The notes beneath the pieces were generated by a model. That model did no database searches. It was not told where the DNA came from and saw nothing but the letters and a program-made list of their open reading frames with translations. A stretch of 64,000 nt of DNA. It comes from Rebecca billardiae RCC1528. Lineage: Eukaryota > Protista > Haptophyta. The stretch covers positions 558,001 to 622,000 of the forward strand of contig OZ251231.1 of assembly GCA_965240325.2 (NCBI GenBank), in the 5' to 3' direction. Below, one piece after another: positions 55,163 to 64,000 of this stretch (position 1 is the stretch's first letter; each line of letters begins with the position of its first letter). A program made the position numbers and the translations under genes.

Positions 55163-55623
55163 GGCCTCATAGCTGTTTTCGACCCAAAACAATCAAACGT
55201 CGCTCGGCAAACTCGTACTCCAGCATACAAGAAGGACAAAAATACTCACTTGTTTCACCCCCGGGGTATCTGATCCCACGTCCGTCCATCGACTTATGCG
55301 GAATGGCGTGGGCGCGCTTATTTCGTCAAGCGCGTAGTTGCTAATGCAGAGCACTATGGGCCAACGTACCCCTCGAAAAATCGAAAACTCACCCTCCAAC
55401 AGCCCTCAAAATCGTCCCCCATCCCCTTTTCTTTGATCAAAAGATCTTTTTGACAACGTAGTGAGGGCCCCCGGCGGGGCTCCACGCTACGCGCTCCGCC
55501 CTGCACCGCGGGCCATAAATAGGATGGATTCCGAAGATGATCGAAGCCAACGTATTGATGATGAGTATAGCGCAGTCGCGTCATCGCGTAGGCGCATGCC
55601 ACTGATGACCGTTGACACTGATA

Positions 55624-58098
55624 CTAGACTGCTGCTGCTGATGATGATGATGTCGTCGCCGTGGGCGTGGGCCGCGTCGGCGTGGCAGCGCGGAGCCGGA
55701 CGACGAGGCCGGCGGGATGGGCATCGTCGTCGTCGTCATGCAGATGTTCGGCCGACAACAGCACCGGGCGGCTGATGAGCTCGGGACTTCGCACGTGGAT
55801 GGGCAAGGGGAAGCGCGTGCTCTCCTGATGCCAGCGCTTGGCGGGCTTGCGATGCTTGGACTGACTCCTCGCAATCCCGCCGGCCGTGCCCACAGTGGCA
55901 TCTGAATGACGGCGCCAGCGCTTGGTCGGGCGGCGCCGAGCCGTGATCTGCTCGGGCACAGCCTGGTCGACCCTCACGACGATGGCGTGGGTGTTGGGAT
56001 CGGCCGGGAGTGCAAGTGCCACCCCACGGACGCGGGTGAGCTCCATCGGCATCTGCTCCACCATGATGGCGCTGCGCAGCCAGCCCAGCCAGTTTTCCCG
56101 CCGGCTCTCGCGCATGAGCAGCGCGCCTGGCCGCTCGTCAAGAAAGAAGCCCCGAGCAGTCTCCACGCGCGCGATCACGAGGCGCACGCTGTTGATCCAG
56201 TCGTTGAGCCGCCCTTCGGTGTTGTGGAGCGTGGTGTTGAGCTCGTCCTGCCGCCCCGACTCGACCATGACGTGCCCCACCGGCAGCCCCATCAACGGCG
56301 GCACGTGCAGCGGCGACGCGGGCCGTTCCGTCCGCACGTCCAGCGTGATCACAGCGTGTGATTGGCTGAACACGTGGCTGAGCTCGTCCGAGAAGATCAG
56401 CTGGGAGGCGAGCTGGCGGCGCAGATCGCCCGACGAGGTCTGCGCCTCGCACGCGCCCTGAGGCGACGCGAGCGTGCTCCAGTGGATCAGCCCGGGTGGC
56501 CCCATCCGAGCGGCGGTAGCGACGAGAGCCGCGCGCAGCCGGTCGCTCGGGGCCACGCGCGCCTCCGTGGCCGAGCGGAAGGGCGCCGGGCACACCTGCA
56601 GCACGACGTGGGGGAGCACGCACGCTTCGAGCAGCGGCGCGAGCAGGTGCTGGTGCAGCACGCGACTCGTCTCGCCCAGATCCTCGCCCACGTACTCCGC
56701 GCTCGCCAGCACCACGAGCGCGCGGCGGCGCGGCGTGCCGTACTCGGGAACGTCCGCGCAGTGCCCAGGCAACTGCGCATCGTCCGCGAGGCCGGCGGCC
56801 TCCGCGCTCCGCCTCAGCTCGGCGAGCTCTAGCTCCCTGCTGCTCCACGCGCGGGAGCAGTCGGCATCCACGGCTGCGACGGTGCACCCCAGCCCGCTCG
56901 CGTTGTGCCCGCTCGAATTCCACCAGGTCGCGTTGCGCAGTGGCGCGTCGGCGACTTGCCCGATCCCGCCTGCGCGCACGCGCACGGCGCGGCCCGACGT
57001 GTAGCGCACGCGCACGTTGGCGATGCGGAGCGCGTGCGAGAGGAAGTGCTCCGAGTGCGGCTGGTTGCCCGCCGCGAGGTACATGCGCAGGTCCATCAGC
57101 CGCATCCCGTACGCCGCCGCCGCGTCGGGCGCGCCGAACGCCATTCGGTCGTTCAGCCCCTTGTTCAGACCCCAGTAAGGAAGGTACATCTCACGCGGCT
57201 GCACGCTCACGAGCGCGAGCACGTCGAGCGGCTGCAGCGGCTGCAGGTCGGGCCGGATGTACACGACGGCGCGGAGCGCGTGCGCGCGCGGCAGCCAGAG
57301 CTGCGTGACGCGCATCAGCGAGTTGAGCTGGCACAGCCAGTTCCGCCGCACCTCGGGCGAGCGCCACACCCTGCCGGCGCGCACGACGCCAGGACCGGTC
57401 GCCGAGAGCGTCGAGCTCGGGAACGGGAGCAGCTGGCGCATCTCGCGCAGGAACGCGTGCTGGTCGCTCACGTCGAGCGCCGCGGGCTCGAGCAGCTCGC
57501 GCATCTCGCGCCAGCCGCCGATCCGCCCCCCCTTGCCCTCCCGCGTGCGCCTCGAGTGCACGGTCGCGTTGAGCGAGTACGTGTGCACGTACAGCTCGGG
57601 CTCGAGGCACGCGCGCCGCAGCGGCTCGAGGATCAGCGCGCGGATCGAGCCGATCGTGTAGTTGAGCGAGCGGTTGATCCCGAAGAAGCAGACGGCGACG
57701 GCGCGCGGCGCGAAGGACTTGGATGGCAGCCCGCCGCACGCGCTGTGCCTAGCATCCACCCCTCCCTCCGTCGCGTTGGCGGCGTGAGCGGTTGCGTTGG
57801 CGATTTGCACGGTGGCGTTCGGACTGCGCGCAGTCGCGTTGCTTTCGAGCATGTCCACGCCCGCTCTGTACCCGGTCGCCTCGGCTCTGCTTCGCGTGTC
57901 GTCGGCGGTGCGAGGCCCCGAGGCGTTTGCGCTGCGCGCAGTCCCCGCCGGATGGTACATCGTTGCGTTGGCGCTGAGCACAGTCACATTGGACGTGCGC
58001 AATGTCTTGGCGCCGAGGAGCACGGTCCCGTTCGCCGCCTGCTGCACGAAGGGCCCCGCACCAAGACCACACACGCACCACACCACCGCCATCACCAT
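55624..58098 (-). CDS. Secreted/type II putative glycosyltransferase-like protein (AVCxxGxxR...RPD...ND...SE family)
   Basis: Hydrophobic N-terminus and a stem rich in N-x-T/S sequons. Core AVAVCFFGINRSL...YVHTY...QLNSL...YIRPDL...GLNDRMAFG...HSEHFL...VRVR. Intronless, 824 aa. Confidence 0.6.
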   Translation of the reverse strand: MVMAVVWCVCGLGAGPFVQQAANGTVLLGAKTLRTSNVTVLSANATMYHPAGTARSANASGPRTADDTRSRAEATGYRAGVDMLESNATARSPNATVQIANATAHAANATEGGVDARHSACGGLPSKSFAPRAVAVCFFGINRSLNYTIGSIRALILEPLRRACLEPELYVHTYSLNATVHSRRTREGKGGRIGGWREMRELLEPAALDVSDQHAFLREMRQLLPFPSSTLSATGPGVVRAGRVWRSPEVRRNWLCQLNSLMRVTQLWLPRAHALRAVVYIRPDLQPLQPLDVLALVSVQPREMYLPYWGLNKGLNDRMAFGAPDAAAAYGMRLMDLRMYLAAGNQPHSEHFLSHALRIANVRVRYTSGRAVRVRAGGIGQVADAPLRNATWWNSSGHNASGLGCTVAAVDADCSRAWSSRELELAELRRSAEAAGLADDAQLPGHCADVPEYGTPRRRALVVLASAEYVGEDLGETSRVLHQHLLAPLLEACVLPHVVLQVCPAPFRSATEARVAPSDRLRAALVATAARMGPPGLIHWSTLASPQGACEAQTSSGDLRRQLASQLIFSDELSHVFSQSHAVITLDVRTERPASPLHVPPLMGLPVGHVMVESGRQDELNTTLHNTEGRLNDWINSVRLVIARVETARGFFLDERPGALLMRESRRENWLGWLRSAIMVEQMPMELTRVRGVALALPADPNTHAIVVRVDQAVPEQITARRRPTKRWRRHSDATVGTAGGIARSQSKHRKPAKRWHQESTRFPLPIHVRSPELISRPVLLSAEHLHDDDDDAHPAGLVVRLRAATPTRPTPTATTSSSSAAAV

Positions 58099-59234
58099 CG
58101 TCGTCCGCGCCTTTCACAATTCAAGATTGGATACTACTAGTAGATATGGGGGTATGGCGCGGATCCGATACTCATACTGCAGTACTCCGTGCTGGACAGG
58201 AAGCCATGGCGGGCGTGAATGGCCGTCCCACCGCGATCCAAGGCGCGAGTGCAACGTCCGGGACAGGGGGGCGTTGCACTCGCCGGTCGGCGTCGCCGTA
58301 CGAGCGCGTGTGCGTGATTGAGAGCTTCCCTTCCGACTTTTCGAGCACTCTCACGTCCACGTCCACGCCCCCGTACGACCGGCGCGCCGGTGAGGTTGCG
58401 CATGGGAAGGATGGGCAGATAGCGGCCAGGATCACCGTTCTGACTGTCATACTGCCCTCTGGGGCATGCATTGCGACGGTGCATGCCTGTCGATGGTCCA
58501 TCTGACCCTACAAGCCGTGAATCTGACGAGCAAGGTTGGCTGCGCGGTAGTCGTGCGACCGCCGTCCAACACGGCTGCCGTGCGAATACGTTTGGCGTGT
58601 GCGTGCCTGTCAACGGCAGGGTGATCAACGACCGGCATGGCTAGCAAGCTGATCAGGACTAGTAACAACCTTGTCTGGGACCACGCCACCCCATTTGGCG
58701 ACCTCGCCACCGCTCAATGCCCGTCCAGAGGCACGGACGTGCCGCACTACCTGGCCAGCCACCGCCAAAGTGGGGCCCACCATCTGGACCCCCCTGTACT
58801 GCTGCCGCGACGTCGTCGTCGAAGCAGCTGCGTCGCGCAGCGCCGCTGATGCGCACGCATACCGGCGATCGACTGTCGCGGCAGCGGTACTCAGTAGTAG
58901 CCTGAGAGTAGGACACCCGCGGCGCGGCCGCGTGCCCGGCGTGGCCGGCGCCGGCAGGCCGCGTGCCGCGCTACCGGACTTCGATCTGACCCGAAGGGCT
59001 CCGCAGCCGCCCGCAGCGGGCCGCAGCCCGTCGGAGACGTTTGGAGCCGCGGAGCGGCTTATGAGCTCGCGCCGGACTACTGCTCGTCATCACTAGTGTG
59101 TGTATAGAGAGAGAGTGCTAAGACCAGTTGGTCCTCGTTTCTCCTATTCGTAACACTAATAGGCTTTCGTAGTTATGCCGCAGATGCTGTGACAGCTGGT
59201 CCCAGCGCGGCCGTGCTCGGAGTCGGAGCCGTCG

Positions 59235-60602
59235 TCAGCTGAAGCTGCTTGATGCGCTGAAATACCTTGCCCGGACGGTGCTGGGGGCCGCACAGAAGGT
59301 CGTGCGCAGCCACGTCTCGCCCGCAGTAGCGACACTCGGACGGATCCCGCGGAACGCCTGCCAGCTGCTGCGATTGCTCGGGAACGGGCCTGCGGACGGC
59401 GCGTGCCTCAGCAGCAGCACCGTGCTCTCCGCTGTGCGGTTGGGCGCGCTGCGCCGAGCCACCGCGCGTCTGAGCGCGTCCGGCCTGATCACCGCGGGCA
59501 TCGGGTAGGGCGTGCACGTCTTGTCCGCCTTCGGCCGGCCGAGCAGCGTGCCGTCCGGCATCTCCATCCACAGCGTGCACGGCGTCTCGCCGCCCTCGTC
59601 CTTGCTCAGCCGGACGATGTGCGCGAGCGCCTCCGCCTCGGGCAGCGCGTCGTACGGGAGGTCGCGGTTGCGGTAGTAGCGCACGCGGTCGCACATGCTG
59701 TCCATGTGCGCCTGCATCGCGCAGACGCCCCAGTCGCGGCGCACCGGCGGCGCCCAGTCGCCGCTGAAGTGCGCCGGCTTGGGCGCGGGCAGCCCGGGCG
59801 GCTTGCTCCGGCACGCCTCAGTCAGCTTGCACGCATCGCGACCGGGGTCCATGTGCGTGAGGACATGGTCCTCGAGCGTGCTCGGCGCGCACAGCACGAA
59901 GCCGTGGTCGTGGTCGCGGTAGTGGAAGCGCGCCGGGCGGAGCAGGCTGCCCGAGATCAGCCGCTCGCCGCTGTGCCGGCTGCACAGCTCGAGCGGGTCG
60001 ACCGCCCGGAACGCGTGTGCGCCGGGCGGGCTGGCTGTCGTCAGGATCACATCAGGCCGCAGCGCGAGCACGATGTCGTACGCGCCGAAGAGGCTGAGCG
60101 CGCGCGTCGCGCGGTGTGCGGCGGGGCTCGCTGCGATGGGCGGTCGCCGCCAGCCGCACTCGTCGCGCACGAGCTGCACGAGGCGCAGGATCCGCCACTC
60201 GAGGTAGTTGGCGAACGCGCCGTGCGGCCGCAGGTACTCGCGCCACGCGTCGTACACGGCCGGGTCCTGCGCGTACTCCGTCAGGCGCAAGTCGGGACTC
60301 TCCTCACTGATCACCGCGCGCAGCCGGTGGCCGTACACCCGGCGCAGCTCGCGCAGGCGCTGCGGCACGGAGAGCTCGTCCCAGTGCTTGTCGCACTTGC
60401 CCTCCTTGATCTTCGCCTTGAGCTCCGCGCCGCTGCCACAGCCGGTGCCGTGCATGGCGGTGAGGATCACCACGTCGGTCGAGAGGCGGCCCACCGTCTC
60501 CAGCTCGTCCAGCAGGAGCTCCTGCTTGACCACCGGCCAAGACAGCCAGAACGAGCGCATCTGCCCCGCCAGCAGCAGGAGCATCCGCGCTCCCGCCGCC
60601 AT
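59235..60602 (-). CDS. Putative glycosyltransferase-like protein related to 55624-58098
   Basis: LLLLAGQMRSF and YDIVLALRPDVI parallel the GxxR and RPD motifs of the neighbour. Intronless. Alternative start at 60692. Confidence 0.55.
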   Translation of the reverse strand: MAAGARMLLLLAGQMRSFWLSWPVVKQELLLDELETVGRLSTDVVILTAMHGTGCGSGAELKAKIKEGKCDKHWDELSVPQRLRELRRVYGHRLRAVISEESPDLRLTEYAQDPAVYDAWREYLRPHGAFANYLEWRILRLVQLVRDECGWRRPPIAASPAAHRATRALSLFGAYDIVLALRPDVILTTASPPGAHAFRAVDPLELCSRHSGERLISGSLLRPARFHYRDHDHGFVLCAPSTLEDHVLTHMDPGRDACKLTEACRSKPPGLPAPKPAHFSGDWAPPVRRDWGVCAMQAHMDSMCDRVRYYRNRDLPYDALPEAEALAHIVRLSKDEGGETPCTLWMEMPDGTLLGRPKADKTCTPYPMPAVIRPDALRRAVARRSAPNRTAESTVLLLRHAPSAGPFPSNRSSWQAFRGIRPSVATAGETWLRTTFCAAPSTVRARYFSASSSFS

Positions 60603-60735
60603 TTTGCGCTGCGCGCGCCCTCGGTTCCGGCCTTCCGTGGGCCGACTCCGCTGGGCAACGGGTGCCACGGGCACGGTGGCTCCGGCTTGCAAGCAAGCGG
60701 ACCACCCTCGGTCGGTGGCAACACTGACAGGTCAC

Positions 60736-61863
60736 ATGCCGATCGGCTTTGCACACATCTTGCTCCTGCTGGGCTCCTCAGCTCAGCCGAGGTCGCAGCG
60801 GACTGACAGCGACTCGTCTCTCGCGCACTGTACGAGCGGGCAGTGCACCGGCGTGCTCTTCGTCCACGTTGGCAAGTCGGCAGGCGGCGTGGTCATGGGC
60901 GCGTTGCGTCATCACGCGTGCGCCCGCGGCCAGCTGTTCGACACGGTGCTCGAGCTGCACGGGTGCGGGCTCAAGTACGAGGAGTGGCCCGCGGAGGGCA
61001 GGTGCACGGCGGCGATCGCCGAGGGCTTCCTCGCCGAGAGCGTCGAGGATTCCGACGTGTGCGAGTTTGAGCGGATCTCGCAGTCGGTCCACCCGTCGGC
61101 TAAGCTGACGCCGCCCGCCGCCTTCTCGATTCTCATGCGACAGCTGGACATCGTGCTCTGGCTGCGAGACCCCGTATCGCGCTTCATCTCGTGCTTCAAC
61201 TTCGTCGCGCTCTGGTGGCGCCTGCCCAGCGAGCCCGTCCGCCGCGCGTACAACCACAACCTGCTGCTCTTCGCGAGCCGCGTCGAGAAGGAGCTCGGGC
61301 TGAGCTCGTGGCGCGCGCAGGTCAACCTGGAGCTGGTGATCGCGAAGCTGAGCCGGGCGTCGGGGCGCAAGGCCCTGCGCATCTTCGCCCCCATCCCGCA
61401 CGCGATGGTCAGCCTCGCGCGCTACGTGCGCGGCGTGCGCGGTCTCGAGCGCAACAAGCACCGGCTGCTGTTTGTCGGCCGGACGGAGCAGATGCAGACG
61501 GACTTGGACGAGCTGAGGCACGCGCTGGCGGAGCGGTTCGGCGCCGGGCGCGGCGCGGCGGGCGCGGAGAGCACCCACCTTCCCGCGGCGCTGGCGCACC
61601 CGTGGCGCCCGCCGCCGCGCGACACGCGGCGGAAGCTCGGCCGAACCCATCGCCGGCTGCTCTCCAACCGTGCGATCGCGTACGTGCGCGCGCTCTTCGA
61701 CGAGGACTTCCGATCCATCGCGTGGCTCGAGGAGCACGGGTTCGTGCAGCCGACGCAGTACACGCGCGAGGCCCGCGACACGGACGGGCGGCGCGAGGGC
61801 GAGGGCCCGCACCCGTATGCCTTCGAGATCCAGCCGAGGCGAAATATGAGCGACTTCTTTTAG
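60736..61863 (+). CDS. Carbohydrate sulfotransferase-like protein (Sulfotransfer_2-type)
   Basis: Signal peptide MPIGFAHILLLLGSSA; 5'-PSB-like FVHVGKSAGG; 3'-PB LRDPVSRFIS; FVGRTE and a terminal Y/F-x-x-D helix (LFDEDF). Confidence 0.75.
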   Translation: MPIGFAHILLLLGSSAQPRSQRTDSDSSLAHCTSGQCTGVLFVHVGKSAGGVVMGALRHHACARGQLFDTVLELHGCGLKYEEWPAEGRCTAAIAEGFLAESVEDSDVCEFERISQSVHPSAKLTPPAAFSILMRQLDIVLWLRDPVSRFISCFNFVALWWRLPSEPVRRAYNHNLLLFASRVEKELGLSSWRAQVNLELVIAKLSRASGRKALRIFAPIPHAMVSLARYVRGVRGLERNKHRLLFVGRTEQMQTDLDELRHALAERFGAGRGAAGAESTHLPAALAHPWRPPPRDTRRKLGRTHRRLLSNRAIAYVRALFDEDFRSIAWLEEHGFVQPTQYTREARDTDGRREGEGPHPYAFEIQPRRNMSDFF

Positions 61864-62355
61864 CATTTCGTGCAGCGGCGAGCGCCGCCACCGACTGACG
61901 AGACGTGAGTCGTGACGAGTGAGTCGACGAGTGACGCGTGCTCCGGCGTAGTCGCGTACGACGTACAACGTATATATATAGACATGGCACGGTGGCACCG
62001 TGAGTACGGCATCACAGTATATTATTCATTCTGATTTATGCGGGCCGGCTGCCGGTCGTCGCGGTCACGTCAAGCTGCCGACAGCCCGACACTGGCTGTC
62101 CGGTCCGAGGCCTCCGACTCGGGGCCGGGCCCGCCGGGCCGCGGGCGAGTCAGGCCGTCAGCGGCGTCAGCCGCTGGCTCAGACAGTCAGACGGTCCGAG
62201 CCGGCGCCGCGCCAGAATGAGATGAATTGAGATATCAGAATACGATTACGCTGAGAGAACGGGCGCCGTCACGCCCGCGGCGCCGCGCCGTCACTCCGGC
62301 CTCCGGGAGTCCGGCGCCGCGTACTGACTGACGAAGCCTACGTCTGCTACGAGTA

Positions 62356-62402
62356 ATCTCGCCTGCCTGAGCTGTGTGCGTCTCTTATTCTTAGTAAACT
62401 GT
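62356..62402 (-). repeat. Dispersed ~47-bp repeat, copy C (inverted)
   Basis: Reverse complement reads ACAGTTTACTAAGAATAAGAGACGCACACAGCTCAGGCAGGCGAGAT. Confidence 0.9.
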
Positions 62403-62952
62403 GAGTGACGACGACTGAAAAGTAGGGAACAGAAACTGTCGTTTGAAATAATGAGTTCAGATATATATTAAATGAAGTCAGTCACTCGGTCCTACTGTCA
62501 CACTGCTGACACGGTCACGTACTGACGTAGGACCCTAAAAAGTCAGATGAGTGTTACTGCCGGCTAATAGGACTCCGATGCAGTGCCCTCCGCCGCTTCC
62601 TGACATCCAGGCCCTCGCACTCGCAGGCGGACGGCTGAATGAATCTTAGAGTTCTAAGGCGCTTCCATCATGGCAATAAGCCTTCCATCGGGCTCGGCGA
62701 CGGCTTCATGAATCATTGGCGGTGACAGTGTGAGTGTAACCTGTCAGTGAGACACTCAGACTCACTACTGACAGTCGGCGGGCGTCTATCTCGCCTGAGC
62801 AATATTCCAATAAAGGGCTGACGAGCTGTCTCTCCCCTTATTTAAATGATTCCTTGACTTGACGAACCGTTTTCGCACGAGACGACATGCAAATCCGCTT
62901 TTCCGTGATGAAACTGGCCGCGCAACGTACACGTGAAACGGCCGCGAGTTCA

Positions 62953-64000
62953 ATGGCAGACTCGCAGACAGCTCGGCGCGCGTCGGCGCTTCGTCCGCTG
63001 AGCGGCAACGAGACGCGCGCGGGCGATGCTCCCAAGCGGACCAAGTCACTTGGAGGAGGCGCGACGCGCATCCCGCGCCCCCCGCCTGCCAGCGGCGTCG
63101 GATCCTCCAAGCGCGACGCCTCCGAGCCGCCGCCGTGTGCGCGCTGCGAGCAGACCGAGGCGGTACTGCACGAGGCGCGGCAGACGATCGGCGAGAACGA
63201 GGACGAGCTCAAGTTCCTGACCGAGAAGACCGAAGAGCTGTGCATCGCCCTGTCCAACGCGCAGGAGGAGGCGAGCCAGTACGCCGCCGAGTACGAGCGC
63301 GTGCAGACGGATGCGCAGGAGCTGCACGCCTCCTACACGGCCAAGTGCCACAAGCTCACGCAGCTCGCGGCGCAGGCGACGCAGCTGACGAACGCGCTGA
63401 GCGAGCGCGACGCGCGGATCACCGAGCTCGAGCGCGCCGCGGCGGCGTCCAAGCCCGCCTCGGCCGGAGCCGACGCGGCCGAGCAGCGCGCGGCACGGCT
63501 GCGCTCACAGCTCGAGGCTGCTGAGATGGCCTCAGCTCTGCTCCGGGACGAGCTGCGCGAGGCGGTGGCGGAGCGCGACGAGTTGAAGGCGCAGCTCGAC
63601 GGGCGTGCAGCGGGCTCCGCCGGAGCCCAGCCCGCCGCGTCCGCGCCCACGCCCGCGCGCGAGGGCGCGGAGGACGCCGCGGCCGCGCGCGCGGACGCGG
63701 CGGAGGCGCGCGCGGCGCTCCAAGCCGCCGATCGCGCCAAGTCGACGCTGCAGCTCGAGCTGGCGAGCGCGATGGCCGCGAACGAGAAGCTGCAAGCGGA
63801 TCTGCGTCTCCTGTACAAGGCGCGGCGCTCCTCCGCCGCGCCGGCGCCGCCCAAGGACGACGGCGCCGGCGCGGGCGCGCGCGGCCGCGCCACCGCGACC
63901 GGGACTCAGACCGATTCGTGCGACGATGCAGAGAGCACCGCACCGGGCGGCTTGGCGGCCGTAGCGGCGGCGGAGCGGGCGGCGGCGCTCGAGGAAGAGC
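62953..64000 (+). CDS. Hypothetical coiled-coil protein, 3' end beyond the window
   Basis: Frame from ATG 62953 (MADSQTARR...CARCEQTEAVLHEARQTIGENEDELKFLTEKTEEL...) appears to stay open to the window edge, which would explain its absence from the ORF track. Strong heptad pattern. Confidence 0.7.
   Translation, partial: MADSQTARRASALRPLSGNETRAGDAPKRTKSLGGGATRIPRPPPASGVGSSKRDASEPPPCARCEQTEAVLHEARQTIGENEDELKFLTEKTEELCIALSNAQEEASQYAAEYERVQTDAQELHASYTAKCHKLTQLAAQATQLTNALSERDARITELERAAAASKPASAGADAAEQRAARLRSQLEAAEMASALLRDELREAVAERDELKAQLDGRAAGSAGAQPAASAPTPAREGAEDAAAARADAAEARAALQAADRAKSTLQLELASAMAANEKLQADLRLLYKARRSSAAPAPPKDDGAGAGARGRATATGTQTDSCDDAESTAPGGLAAVAAAERAAALEEE

Noticed and set aside
58137-59096. 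Short ORFs between the two GT-like genes as a retroelement or gene fragment
   Set aside because: No RT, integrase or other motif recognised.

Overview
This is eukaryotic nuclear DNA with very high GC. Genes are compact, with short, extremely GC-rich spliceosomal introns and AT-richer, transposon-derived intergenic spacers. Composition and gene content fit a haptophyte microalga, possibly Pavlovales; this is inference, not demonstrated. About 20 protein-coding genes can be reconstructed: a GT92/GT2-like glycosyltransferase, a CCDC15-like centriolar protein, a divergent membrane-anchored 14-3-3, a ~2100-aa polytopic EF-hand protein with two apparent winged-helix domains head-to-head with a polycystin-1-like (IPT-REJ-GPS-TM-EF-hand) receptor, a FAE1/KCS fatty-acid elongase, MANF/ARMET, a beta-propeller 6-phosphogluconolactonase, an EamA transporter, a cystatin, a P1B Cu-ATPase, a Na+/H+ exchanger, a nitroreductase, CPT2, an intronless cluster of two GT-like genes plus a sulfotransferase, and several hypothetical proteins. 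Mobile DNA includes a complete 2.65-kb non-autonomous Mutator-like element (~670-bp TIRs, 9-bp TSD), a TA-flanked MITE, a foldback/MITE-like element, a CACTA-like end with tandem subterminal repeats, and a dispersed 47-bp repeat. Most short ORFs in the supplied track are GC-driven shadow ORFs. No rRNA, tRNA or CRISPR array was recognised.
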